Positions 40,723-49,581 of a stretch of 63,847 bases of DNA are shown piece by piece. The DNA is from a virus (Duplodnaviria; Caudoviricetes): the IMG/VR virus record IMGVR_UViG_3300025608_000522, positions 1 through 63,847 of that record; one strand, 5' to 3'. A program made the translations under genes and the position numbers. How positions within the stretch are numbered: the stretch's first letter is position 1; every line of letters begins with the position of its first letter. The notes under the pieces are model-generated. The model ran no database searches, had not been told where the DNA came from, and saw only the letters and a program-made list of their open reading frames with translations.

Positions 40723-40729
40723 TATTTAT
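40723..40729 (-). promoter_or_regulatory. Putative late promoter ATAAATA
   Basis: Upstream of the fibre gene, followed by RBS AGGAG. Confidence 0.55.
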
Positions 40730-40734
40730 GCCTT

Positions 40735-41388
40735 TTACGGATTAAACACAATATTCTTATTTACAAACCAGTCCTCGTTATCACACGATGTTTCGGTATA
40801 ATGTATGAATCCTTGATTGGTTAACAAGGATTTAATTTTTTCTCTTTGCTCACCATAGTCATGCTCTACAGTTAAACAATTTATATGATATTTTTTAAAA
40901 TCGAAGTTTTGCAATACATTATACTCGTTTCCTTCGATATCTAAACTAATATAGTCTATTACTTGAGGCGCTCGATATAATTCTAATAGGTCATTAAGAC
41001 TTATAGTTAGTACGTTGATTTCTGAAAAGTCTTCGCCCGGGTCTTCAATAACACCCTTAATGCCGCTTCGAAAGTTCCAGCCATAGAATAAGCTTTGATT
41101 TTCTAAGTATTGGAAAGGTAGTATTTTACCAGTTTCGGAGTGTACGCATAAGTCGCATATGATTGCGTCTCTTGATCCGCATAAACTTTTTAGTGTACTA
41201 GGATTTGGATCTACGCATATACCATTCCATTTATAGAACTTTTCTAATATAAATGTATTACTACCAGTTATGCCATCACTAGCACCTAAGTCAACAAAAA
41301 AACCATTTTGTTTGTAATAGAGTTCATTTAAAACAAAAAAGTCTTGTCCGCTTTCAGATACTTGTAACCGACTTCCTTCAGGACCCAC
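40735..41388 (-). CDS. FkbM-family methyltransferase
   Basis: GQD, FFVDLGASDG...SNT, WNGICVDP, IDYISLDIEGNE. Confidence 0.85.
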   Translation of the reverse strand: MGPEGSRLQVSESGQDFFVLNELYYKQNGFFVDLGASDGITGSNTFILEKFYKWNGICVDPNPSTLKSLCGSRDAIICDLCVHSETGKILPFQYLENQSLFYGWNFRSGIKGVIEDPGEDFSEINVLTISLNDLLELYRAPQVIDYISLDIEGNEYNVLQNFDFKKYHINCLTVEHDYGEQREKIKSLLTNQGFIHYTETSCDNEDWFVNKNIVFNP

Positions 41389-41713
41389 CGTTACGCTTCC
41401 TAAATCTTTTTGGATTCTTTAAGAATGCTTTAGTAGTCTTTTGAATATCTCGTTTGACCTTTGCACTGTCAATACGTAGGTCAACGTTGTCGATTGTTTC
41501 TTCGTATTCAATTAAAAGTTCTTCGAGAGACTCTGCAACGTCAATATCGTTGGCTGCTTCATTTCCTTTGCAATCTATAATCCATACATCGCCATTTAAA
41601 AACTCTACTTCTATAGCAGAAATGTATTCCATAGGAACCATTTCTACCTCAATGTCTTTAAAAACTTCTGGCCAATGTTTAATAATCTCAGGAGGTAGTT
41701 TTGTTCCTGCCAT
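41378..41713 (-). CDS. Hypothetical protein
   Basis: 111-aa ORF, WPEVF motif. Confidence 0.65.
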   Translation of the reverse strand: MAGTKLPPEIIKHWPEVFKDIEVEMVPMEYISAIEVEFLNGDVWIIDCKGNEAANDIDVAESLEELLIEYEETIDNVDLRIDSAKVKRDIQKTTKAFLKNPKRFRKRNGGS

Positions 41714-41764
41714 GAAAATGTTCTTTTGCTCTTATTATTGTTTAGCCAAAAGCATAACGCTCGG

Positions 41765-42412
41765 TTATGCTTTTGCTTTGGTTTTCTTTTTTGCAGGTAC
41801 TAGTTCTTCGGCTTGCTCGCGCAGTCTCTTTGCTTCTTTAAACATTGCATCAGCTTGTGAACGATACTGAGCTGCCAAAACGTCATCTGTAAGTACACCG
41901 TCTGCAGGTGCTACAGTTGTCTGTTCGCCAGTTGTGTCGATACGTGCTGCCTGTGATTCTGCAAGTACATCTGAACTAGGAACTTCTTGTGCAGTTGCTA
42001 CTGTTTGTACTTGAGTAGAATTGTCTTCTTTAGGAGCAAGATCTGCTACAGTAATACCTTGCTGTTCTGCAACAATCTGATTAATTTCAGAAAGCTTTAC
42101 AGCAGTTGTAGTATTAGGTGTAAGTTCAACGGCGTCCGTTCTTACTCTTTGTAGTTTTCCACGTTTGTGGAATGCACTTAACATAATACTACCGTCTGCA
42201 AGACGCGAACGTGCCATAGCATCCGCTAGGTCTTTTGAAGACTGTGCAACATCACTTTCGATCAATTTAATAAGACTGTCGTGATCTTGTGCTGTTAGGC
42301 TAGCAGTGTCTACAATAAGACAATGCTCTGGATCATTTGGTAGTACACGATAAGCAACAGCAATCTTACGTCTGTTGCTAGTCAGTCTACCTACGTGCTT
42401 TAAATTAGCCAT
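41765..42412 (-). CDS. Hypothetical protein
   Basis: ATG 42412 (MANLKHVGR) with GGAG RBS; coiled-coil-like C-terminus. Confidence 0.7.
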   Translation of the reverse strand: MANLKHVGRLTSNRRKIAVAYRVLPNDPEHCLIVDTASLTAQDHDSLIKLIESDVAQSSKDLADAMARSRLADGSIMLSAFHKRGKLQRVRTDAVELTPNTTTAVKLSEINQIVAEQQGITVADLAPKEDNSTQVQTVATAQEVPSSDVLAESQAARIDTTGEQTTVAPADGVLTDDVLAAQYRSQADAMFKEAKRLREQAEELVPAKKKTKAKA

Positions 42413-42614
42413 CTTTCTTTTCTCCTTCGGCTTCATTAGCCTGTTGAATACCGTTTAAAAATGCATCTAGTTTGTTGAAGGTCTTGCCTACTACTTCTAG
42501 TTCGTTTGCTTTAAATGCACCGCGTGTGCTAGCTGTATCAATAATAGAGCGAATTACAGCAAGATCTTGTACTGTTAATTCTACACCTTGTGCTTCTTGA
42601 GCTTGTTCAGACAT
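42405..42614 (-). CDS. Small hypothetical protein
   Basis: 69 aa, GGAG RBS, IID.ASTRGAFKANEL motif. Confidence 0.7.
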   Translation of the reverse strand: MSEQAQEAQGVELTVQDLAVIRSIIDTASTRGAFKANELEVVGKTFNKLDAFLNGIQQANEAEGEKKDG

Positions 42615-42642
42615 TATATCCTCCGTTAGTTGTCTTATATAC

Positions 42643-42927
42643 TTATTTGTATTTTAAATGTGGACACGCCAAAGCGAAATATGATAGTTCTTTTGGATCT
42701 TCAAATCCTACCCTAACATGTGTGTCCAGTCTGTTATTAGAATCAATGGCAACAGATTTACCGATGTAGTATCTGTTTTTTAAATTATAATCAATCCATT
42801 TAGCAAGTGCTTGCTCTAAGTTATAACTTACAGGAATATCCATGTAAGAGAGATGAGGCGCTTCGAACTCCAACTTTCGAAGTTCGAAGAAATTCTTTGG
42901 ATTGATTACGCCTCTCTTTTCAAGCAT
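42643..42927 (-). CDS. Hypothetical protein
   Basis: 94 aa, VGFEDPKELSYF motif. Confidence 0.65.
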   Translation of the reverse strand: MLEKRGVINPKNFFELRKLEFEAPHLSYMDIPVSYNLEQALAKWIDYNLKNRYYIGKSVAIDSNNRLDTHVRVGFEDPKELSYFALACPHLKYK

Positions 42928-44243
42928 TAAGCTGCCTCTGACTCGTCGTAGTGTGCAGTAATGCCAAACGGTGCCTGCAGGTTCTTGTCATGGTGGCTGT
43001 GAATAACAAACACCGTATCACAGTAATCGTCTTCGCCCCAACTATCCCAAGCATACCCATCAGTAAACATAAGGAACTTCTTAGGCTGAATATCGTTCTC
43101 ACGCATATACTTCCAGTTCGCCATAAAGTCAGTACCGCCACCGCCTACAATTTCGTACTCTGTAATGTCGCGGGCATCGTCTGCTGTAAAGTCATCTTCA
43201 CCGTAGACGTCGGTATCAAAGCACCAGATTTTAATCTTGTAGTCTTTGTACTCGTCCATAATGCCTTTTACTTCGCCTAGGAAGTCTGCGGCTTGCTTGT
43301 TACCGATACTACCTGACATGTCCAATGCAATGCAAATATCAATAGTTTCTGCAAAGTTCATGCCAGGCAAAATAGCACCGCTCATTTGTCCTTTGCGGCT
43401 AGGGCGACTAAACGTATAGTCGCTTTTAATAGTGCTTTGAATTTGCTGACGCAACAATTCACGCCAGTTCATCTTAGGCTCAGTAAGCTCTTTGATCATA
43501 CGCTGGACACCTGCAGGAACATTACCTGCACCCGCTGCCTGAGCGGCGTTAAGCATAGCTTCCTTAACTTCGTCTTTGACCTTTTTCATTTCCTCTTTGG
43601 AGTACTTTGCAGGACGCTTGCTTACACTGTTGCCTTTTCCGTCCTTGCCTTCTTCACCACCTTCGCCTTCACCATCTTCGCCTTCATTGTCGAGGTGCTC
43701 GTCAAGCATTTCGCCAAGTTGCTTTAAGAACTCTTCACCGTTCTTTTCAGCCTCTTTAAATAGTTCTTCGTATACTTCTTCTGAAGTCCAACCTTCATAT
43801 TTAAAGTCTTGAAAGCAGTCTACAATCTTAGGAGTTTCGCCAATACGATCTCGCACTAGCAAGTTGTTTACAATGTAGTCGGCGGCAATGTTATACAGCA
43901 TAGGGTTACGCTCTTCACGTCGACCCAAGTGATCAAACACCATGTGCAGGATTTCGTGTGCAACAACAAACTCGATCTCTTTGTTAGACATAGCATTAAA
44001 AAACTGAGTGTTAAAATATAAGTTGCGTCCGTCTACAGCGGCAGTAGGCAACCAATCATCAGCTGCCAAAATGCGTAGTCGTGTAGCCATATTACCAAAG
44101 AAAGGATGGCGCAGTAGCAAGCCTACTCGCGCAACAATAATGCGATCGAGTACCTCGACACGCATTTCTTCTAGCTGTTCTTCTGTAATGTTAGGATCAG
44201 GTTGCCAGTTTTTAAGTTTACTTGCGGTATCTTTAGCTGCCAT
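42927..44243 (-). CDS. HExxH metallopeptidase-like / VWA domain protein (DUF2201-like)
   Basis: TAAVDG, AHEILH, acidic Gly linker, DMSGSI MIDAS, GGGGTDF, FTDGY. Confidence 0.85.
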   Translation of the reverse strand: MAAKDTASKLKNWQPDPNITEEQLEEMRVEVLDRIIVARVGLLLRHPFFGNMATRLRILAADDWLPTAAVDGRNLYFNTQFFNAMSNKEIEFVVAHEILHMVFDHLGRREERNPMLYNIAADYIVNNLLVRDRIGETPKIVDCFQDFKYEGWTSEEVYEELFKEAEKNGEEFLKQLGEMLDEHLDNEGEDGEGEGGEEGKDGKGNSVSKRPAKYSKEEMKKVKDEVKEAMLNAAQAAGAGNVPAGVQRMIKELTEPKMNWRELLRQQIQSTIKSDYTFSRPSRKGQMSGAILPGMNFAETIDICIALDMSGSIGNKQAADFLGEVKGIMDEYKDYKIKIWCFDTDVYGEDDFTADDARDITEYEIVGGGGTDFMANWKYMRENDIQPKKFLMFTDGYAWDSWGEDDYCDTVFVIHSHHDKNLQAPFGITAHYDESEAA

Positions 44244-44275
44244 GTTGCACCTTTATTGCTAGTTTCTATAGTATA

Positions 44276-44304
44276 ACTATAACATTATTTACAGGGTTTG
44301 TCAA
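44276..44304 (-). promoter_or_regulatory. Sigma70-type promoter TTGACA-N17-TATAGT with extended TG
   Basis: -35 at 44304-44299, -10 at 44281-44276, upstream of the VWA gene. Confidence 0.7.
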
Positions 44305-44308
44305 CCGA

Positions 44309-44343
44309 GAAAAGAAAAAGTGGGCCCATAAGAGCCCACTTTT
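44309..44343 (-). terminator. Rho-independent terminator
   Basis: AAAAGTGGGC-TCTTATGG-GCCCACTTTT followed by TCTTTT, just after the AAA ATPase stop. Confidence 0.8.
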
Positions 44344-44349
44344 GGAACA

Positions 44350-45429
44350 TTATGCAGACTGTGCTGCCTTAATGTATTTGCCGTAACGCTCGTGGAACTC
44401 ATCAAAGCATTCCACTTCGTCCGGATCAATGGGCAATGCATACTGAGTAAGTGCAAGCTTAATGCCCATAACAACTAGCTCAGTATCAAAATTGTCCATT
44501 GCAAAGCGCAGGAAGTTGTTGACTTTGTCGTCAAACTTCTTGTCGCCACTATCGCAGGCTTCTTTAAGCTCGTAGCAGAGTGAGACAGTCAAGGAATACA
44601 TAGCACTGATCTCCTTAGCCTTCATCTCTTTTACTTTGCCTGCTAAAATATCAGTAGGGTTAGGCATACTCGCCGCTACTTTACGGTGTGCCATAAACTT
44701 AACAGCCAAACCTTCACCAACTGAACCTGACACAAGATCGGTAGTAGTATTATCGTCTAATTCGTCCTCAATTAATTCTGATACAAACGACCACGAACGA
44801 GGCGTTGCAAAAGAACGACTTGGGCTCTTAGGATCAAAGTCATACAAGTCTTTCTTACTAAAAGTAAGGAAGCCTACCACGTCCTTGTGAATATTGTTGT
44901 TAACAGCCCACTGGAACCAGTCATCGAAACTAACTGCCATTTCCAAGTGGATAAAGCGGTTAGCCAACGGAGCAGGCATGCGATATGTAACACCTTTGTC
45001 TGCTTCGCGGTTACCTGCCGCAACAATCATTACATTGTCGGGCAAATTATACTGTCCTACCTTACGGTTAAGAATCAGCTGATATGCTGCCGCTTGTACA
45101 GCAGGAGCCGCTGAGTTCATTTCGTCTAAGAACAATACAATGTTCTCATGTTTTGCTGCCATTTCGTCGTTAGGCAATTCGCTTGGCGCACCCCACACCA
45201 TAGTGCCTGAGTTGCTGTCAAAGTAAGGAATACCTTTGATGTCTGTAGGTTCCCAAAGTGACAAGCGAATGTCAATGACGTGTGCGTTGATAGTTTCGGC
45301 AATCTGGTGAACAATGTCACTTTTGCCAATACCCGGAGGACCCCAAAGAAAGATAGGACGCTTTTTTGCAATAGCGTGTTTGATGCTAGCTTTCGCGGCG
45401 TTTGGGCTTACAGTACGTGCAGTATCCAT
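44350..45429 (-). CDS. MoxR-like AAA+ ATPase
   Basis: Walker A GPPGIGKS, Walker B LFLDE, AAGN, PLANRF, ATPRSW. Confidence 0.9.
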   Translation of the reverse strand: MDTARTVSPNAAKASIKHAIAKKRPIFLWGPPGIGKSDIVHQIAETINAHVIDIRLSLWEPTDIKGIPYFDSNSGTMVWGAPSELPNDEMAAKHENIVLFLDEMNSAAPAVQAAAYQLILNRKVGQYNLPDNVMIVAAGNREADKGVTYRMPAPLANRFIHLEMAVSFDDWFQWAVNNNIHKDVVGFLTFSKKDLYDFDPKSPSRSFATPRSWSFVSELIEDELDDNTTTDLVSGSVGEGLAVKFMAHRKVAASMPNPTDILAGKVKEMKAKEISAMYSLTVSLCYELKEACDSGDKKFDDKVNNFLRFAMDNFDTELVVMGIKLALTQYALPIDPDEVECFDEFHERYGKYIKAAQSA

Positions 45430-45477
45430 AGTATATTCCTCTTAGTTGGATCAGTGCTTATTTCTAACTATGTATAT

Positions 45478-45505
45478 ATAATAGCATCACTGTAGGAAAT
45501 GTCAA
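45478..45505 (-). promoter_or_regulatory. Sigma70-type promoter TTGACA-N16-TATTAT with extended TG
   Basis: -35 at 45505-45500; -10 at 45483-45478; upstream of the AAA ATPase. Confidence 0.6.
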
Positions 45506-45512
45506 CCGCTTT

Positions 45513-45899
45513 TTAATCTTTTTCTTGTCTTTTCATTGCTTTGGTTAAACCGTACTTGCGCAGGTCACCGCTGAATAGATGCAGTTCGAGTGCTTTCTTT
45601 TCGTTTGTTACCCATATACCGTGGTTGGTAAGGAAGTACGGACAGTCGATAAATTGATCCAAAAAGATAATAATTTGTGTAGTCATAGGCATGTCTTTGG
45701 GATAAGGCACTTCGTACACAGAGAGATTAAGTTCTTCTTCTATGAACTCAAATCCGCGTTCTGTTAGCCTAAGACCGCCTGTGGCTTTTTCTCGTGTGTT
45801 TTGCCACCATAAAGGCATATACTCTTTGACATTAGCATCTGATATAGCCCTTCCAGACTGCTTTAAAAATATTTTAGTATATGCCTCTTTGCTAATCAT
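45513..45899 (-). CDS. Hypothetical protein
   Basis: 128 aa, WWQN...GGLRLT..GF motif. Confidence 0.7.
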   Translation of the reverse strand: MISKEAYTKIFLKQSGRAISDANVKEYMPLWWQNTREKATGGLRLTERGFEFIEEELNLSVYEVPYPKDMPMTTQIIIFLDQFIDCPYFLTNHGIWVTNEKKALELHLFSGDLRKYGLTKAMKRQEKD

Positions 45900-46186
45900 T
45901 CTTCGTGTACTACTTCGCCTGTAGTAAGTTTATACACTTCGAAATCCTCGCAGTTAAACAGTTCGTTCAGTTTGTTTGCAAGATTGTGTGCATGCCCAGG
46001 ATTAGAGAAACTTACTTTCTTATATTTGGGTCCTGGGTAGTTGGTAATTATGTTTAGAGACTTTAGATTAAAAGGCTGCCCCTTATAAAACACTGCCCAG
46101 ATTGCTTCCGCCTCAAGAATCTGTTCTGCTTTATAACTCTTTTTGTTTACATGCTCTAATATGACCGTAGGTTTGGGTCTACTCAT
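45896..46186 (-). CDS. Hypothetical protein
   Basis: 96 aa, MSRPKP...YPGPKYKKVSFSNPGHA; GGAG RBS and ATAAATA (46216-46222) upstream. Confidence 0.7.
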   Translation of the reverse strand: MSRPKPTVILEHVNKKSYKAEQILEAEAIWAVFYKGQPFNLKSLNIITNYPGPKYKKVSFSNPGHAHNLANKLNELFNCEDFEVYKLTTGEVVHEE

Positions 46187-46246
46187 ATATGCATACTCCT
46201 AGTTATGTACGCATATATTTATCTCTTTTTAGGGTTATCTACTCAG

Positions 46247-46495
46247 TTAACCCCAGTTAGAACCACCGTCCATTGTAACATCTACAGCTTCATTAGAGCC
46301 TGTACTAGCATTTTCTTTTACAAACTTTTCAAGATCACCTTGCAGTCTAGCCATTACAATTCCCATAGTAAATGCAAGATTTTTTGCTGTATTCATATCC
46401 ATACGGATTTCTTTTTGCTTTCCGTTTTCTGCTGCCTTTACTTGTTGGATAAAAGTTTGGATAGGAAAAGTATTAAGCGGTTCGTTTGTTTGCAT
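46247..46495 (-). CDS. Hypothetical protein
   Basis: 82-aa coupled ORF. Confidence 0.65.
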   Translation of the reverse strand: MQTNEPLNTFPIQTFIQQVKAAENGKQKEIRMDMNTAKNLAFTMGIVMARLQGDLEKFVKENASTGSNEAVDVTMDGGSNWG

Positions 46496-46949
46496 TTGAC
46501 AACTCCGTGCGCATTTCTAGTTCTGTTTTAAAGGGACCTTTAAACTCGTATTTTTCACATGTGTCTAGTTTAGGACAAAAACTACGTACCCAGCCTTTTT
46601 CAAATCGAACAATATAGTAACCTGCACAGTATACACTCTTTGATTTTGCACTTTTAGTAAACAATGGTAGTTTACGTTTTACATCGTACATTGTATTTTG
46701 CGGCGATACACTTGCTGGAAAGCCGTGTACTTCTTTGCGCTCGTCTTTAAGGGTTGCTTCTACGCCGCCCCACACAATGTTACCGAGACTGTTTTTAAGT
46801 TGACGTTCATTATCAAAAAACGCTGTACCTGTATCGCATGTATACATATACTTTTGATCTTCGTTATAGCACAAAGTACCTACACGTACACCGTTGTCTT
46901 CTACAATCCAAAATTTACCATTTAATACTTCTTTAGCTTTTACTGTCAT
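46473..46949 (-). CDS. Hypothetical protein
   Basis: 158 aa, LPLFTKS.KSKS.YCAGYY...FCPK motif. Confidence 0.7.
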   Translation of the reverse strand: MTVKAKEVLNGKFWIVEDNGVRVGTLCYNEDQKYMYTCDTGTAFFDNERQLKNSLGNIVWGGVEATLKDERKEVHGFPASVSPQNTMYDVKRKLPLFTKSAKSKSVYCAGYYIVRFEKGWVRSFCPKLDTCEKYEFKGPFKTELEMRTELSNANKRTA

Positions 46950-47929
46950 TTAGGGTACCTCGCTGATAGTGCTTTGCTGTAATGTTGTGCATTGTCTGCA
47001 ATACGTTGCATATCCCACTTTGCGCAGAACTTCATAAGTCGCATACCAACTTGCGTAACGTCCTTAGGTTCTACTTCTGCAATAGTGTTATTAATTATCT
47101 CTCTAATCTCAGGAGGTTGTGCTGTTAAATCACACAGCACTACATTTCGATTATAGTCGTCTAGTACACGATGCTCGTCGCCGTTATGATCTGTCCAACG
47201 CTGTAGCATCATGTTGTTCCAATTGTAACCTTTTGTGCCTTTGTCTTCGAACGCTTCGATCAGTCCAACTTTGTTCTTAGTGCCTTTCTTACGCACACCA
47301 GGATATGCACTGAATACATTATCACTTGTATCTCCACGCATACATTTTTCGAACAACATGAATTCAGGGTGTGGAGCAGGCTTTACTTCTTTAGTTTTCT
47401 TGTCTAAAACAGGCTTACCCTTGTCATCAAAGTAACCTTCGTGTGTAATTGTAGTGTTGCTAACGCCGTTGTACTGTTTTACATTAGGAGCAATTAGCTG
47501 TGCAAAGTCACCGTCTGTGCTAATAATAACATGATTGTCGTTAGGGTGTGCTTGTACCCAGCCTGCAATCAAATCATCTGCTTCTAGTTGCGGATGACGC
47601 ATCATTGTACAGTTAGTCTTTTCACCAATAAAGTCTTTAAACTCGTCAAAGATTTCCCAAAACAGCGTGTCTTCTTCTTGCTGTGTAGGAGTCATTGCAT
47701 CGCGTGTCTCTTGTCTATTGCGCTTGTAAGGCTCGTAATAGTCCTTACGCCAGCTACGTCCTTCCAAGCAGAACACAACATGATCAGCGTCAAAGTCTTC
47801 CCAAGCCTTCTTAACACTATTAAGCGTAACGTGTAATGCCATACCTAGCTTTGTATCAAGATCGCCACGTACTGCGTGTCGTGCTCTAAAGAAAGTGTTT
47901 GCTGTGTCTACTAAAATATATGTGCTCAT
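46946..47929 (-). CDS. rnh: RNase H / 5'-3' flap exonuclease (T4 Rnh-like)
   Basis: LVDTAN, SWRK...YKRNR, EADDLIA, ISTDGDFAQL, GDTSDN. Confidence 0.9.
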   Translation of the reverse strand: MSTYILVDTANTFFRARHAVRGDLDTKLGMALHVTLNSVKKAWEDFDADHVVFCLEGRSWRKDYYEPYKRNRQETRDAMTPTQQEEDTLFWEIFDEFKDFIGEKTNCTMMRHPQLEADDLIAGWVQAHPNDNHVIISTDGDFAQLIAPNVKQYNGVSNTTITHEGYFDDKGKPVLDKKTKEVKPAPHPEFMLFEKCMRGDTSDNVFSAYPGVRKKGTKNKVGLIEAFEDKGTKGYNWNNMMLQRWTDHNGDEHRVLDDYNRNVVLCDLTAQPPEIREIINNTIAEVEPKDVTQVGMRLMKFCAKWDMQRIADNAQHYSKALSARYPK

Positions 47930-48321
47930 GATACTTCTGACTTGCCTTTTCCAATGTTGTTTGTACTAATATAACCCATTTCTCTAGAATTGTCAAGTCC
48001 TTCTTCGTCTAGCATTTGCATAACAATAGTTCTAAACCAAGCATCAACAATTTCTTCCTGCGACTCGCCTTTATATCCAGCGTCAAGCAATTGTTCGATA
48101 AATTCGTTGTTCCAATCAAGCTCAAAGAAACCGTTGCGAATATTTTCTGGATTAATCTGTGTGTCTAGTACAGCAACCCACGGCTCGTTATTTGCAGTTG
48201 CAGATTGTTTTTCTGTTTCTAGTGCTTCGCGACGCAGTTCTTCTGCGGTCTTTTCAACTACAGGCTCTTCGACTTGCTCCTGTGCTTTTTTGTTTCTTAC
48301 GAGTTTGTTCCACCAACCCAT
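47926..48321 (-). CDS. Hypothetical protein
   Basis: 131 aa, EPWV...GFFELDWN motif. Confidence 0.7.
   Translation of the reverse strand: MGWWNKLVRNKKAQEQVEEPVVEKTAEELRREALETEKQSATANNEPWVAVLDTQINPENIRNGFFELDWNNEFIEQLLDAGYKGESQEEIVDAWFRTIVMQMLDEEGLDNSREMGYISTNNIGKGKSEVS
47968..47996 (-). promoter_or_regulatory. Sigma70-type promoter TTGACA-N17-TATATT
   Basis: Inside the 3' end of the upstream gene, about 40 nt before the rnh start. Confidence 0.55.
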
Positions 48322-48413
48322 TATAACTGTTTCCTTATCTTGTCGTATTGTTCTTCGGTAATTTTCTTGCCTTGTAGAAGTTCATAGTCTTCTTCACTAA
48401 GTCCCCCAGGCAT
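48321..48413 (-). CDS. 30-aa small protein (MPGGLSEEDYELLQGKKITEEQYDKIRKQL)
   Basis: ATG overlaps the queE 3' end and the stop forms TAATG with the next gene. Confidence 0.45.
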   Translation of the reverse strand: MPGGLSEEDYELLQGKKITEEQYDKIRKQL

Positions 48414-49293
48414 TCCCGAATAGCGATATGTGGAGTCGGGGGCTGAATCGCCATCCTCGTTGCATACAGAGGTCCGCGACTTCTTGAACGTTGAGGGTAT
48501 ATTCTTCACTGCGTCCACCCAGCGGCATAAGGTATACTGGACATTCCACCCCGGAATCCCTGTATAACTGAACAGCTCTAGTAACTTCGTCAACATCGGA
48601 CTGATCAGCAACCACAAACTTAAAGTAAATGTCACTACCAGATACATCAGCGTATTCGCGAGCAACTTCAGGCTTAATAGCATCTTCCCAAGATTCTCCC
48701 GAAACGGATAGCTTCGGACTGCAACTAAATGTGACTGTGAAGCGTCCTTGAGTGCTGAGGTATTCAGCAAAATCGCTATGTAGAGTTTGTGTTGTATTTG
48801 TTTCAATGGTGACATTTTTTAAATCCTTCATCTTAGGATGTTCGAACAATTCGACATACAGTCTCTGCCATGCAAGCAAAGGCTCGCCGCCAGTTAGGAT
48901 AAGGTGAACATCTTGCCCATTATCCATAGTCCACTTGCCTTCTGGAAGCAAACTTAGCAAGTGATCTACTACTTCGTCGATAGTTGCGAGTTTATTAAAG
49001 TCTTTAAACTCGGGATAGATACTAGCATAAGTGTCACAACCTGTGTGAATGATAGGCAAGTCCTCAAACTTTTCAGTTGTTTCGTGTACACCTGCATCAA
49101 TCAATGCTTTTACTTCTGCATTGTAGCGTTGACCTTTTTCATGTTGCTCCCAACGACTACCAACACTCTTGTCAACACCAAAGTTCATACAACGAAAGTT
49201 ACAACCAAATGTGCGTAGGAATACACTGGGTACTCCTACAAACTTGCCTTCACCTTGCACACTGTAAAATGCTTCACTATAGCGTAGTTTCAT
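48397..49293 (-). CDS. queE: 7-carboxy-7-deazaguanine synthase QueE (radical SAM)
   Basis: EAFYSVQGEG..VGVPSVFLRTFGCNFRC...GCDT, TGGEPL, IETN, SPKL, KFVV, PRLHI...G. Confidence 0.9.
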   Translation of the reverse strand: MKLRYSEAFYSVQGEGKFVGVPSVFLRTFGCNFRCMNFGVDKSVGSRWEQHEKGQRYNAEVKALIDAGVHETTEKFEDLPIIHTGCDTYASIYPEFKDFNKLATIDEVVDHLLSLLPEGKWTMDNGQDVHLILTGGEPLLAWQRLYVELFEHPKMKDLKNVTIETNTTQTLHSDFAEYLSTQGRFTVTFSCSPKLSVSGESWEDAIKPEVAREYADVSGSDIYFKFVVADQSDVDEVTRAVQLYRDSGVECPVYLMPLGGRSEEYTLNVQEVADLCMQRGWRFSPRLHISLFGNAWGT

Positions 49294-49483
49294 CTTTGAT
49301 CTCCCAATAGAACACTTTTTTACCTGTGCGTTCTTCTACAGCTGGCAAAGCAATATAATTATCGTTTACTTCAGTGCGTCCTACATAGTGCCAACTATGC
49401 CCAAGTGCTTGGCGCTCTTCTACCATCTCAAAAAATTCTGCATTGTCTGCGGCAAACAATGCTAAAAATACCGCCCAAATCAT
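49277..49483 (-). CDS. Small hypothetical protein
   Basis: ATG 49483 (MIWAVFLALF...) in ATGA overlap with the upstream mini-ORF. Confidence 0.55.
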   Translation of the reverse strand: MIWAVFLALFAADNAEFFEMVEERQALGHSWHYVGRTEVNDNYIALPAVEERTGKKVFYWEIKDETTL

Positions 49484-49581
49484 AATAAAAAGTCCTGTAC
49501 AAAACCTAGTACTCCTAGTGCTAGAGCACAAACAATTAAACCTTTTGCCATATAAACAGCAACAATATCTAAATCATTCAT
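49480..49581 (-). CDS. 33-aa hydrophobic peptide (MNDLDIVAVYMAKGLIVCALALGVLGFVQDFLL)
   Basis: Not in the ORF track; ATGA overlaps at both ends; single TM-like segment. Confidence 0.5.
   Translation of the reverse strand: MNDLDIVAVYMAKGLIVCALALGVLGFVQDFLL

Noticed and set aside
11859-41388. Bacterial O-antigen/capsule locus or host contamination
   Set aside because: No flippase, polymerase or export genes; continuous with phage structural genes and punctuated by phage-type TAAATA boxes
48321-48815. 164-aa ORF overlapping queE in another frame
   Set aside because: About 420 nt overlap with queE; only the last 30 codons (from ATG 48413) look like a real coupled gene
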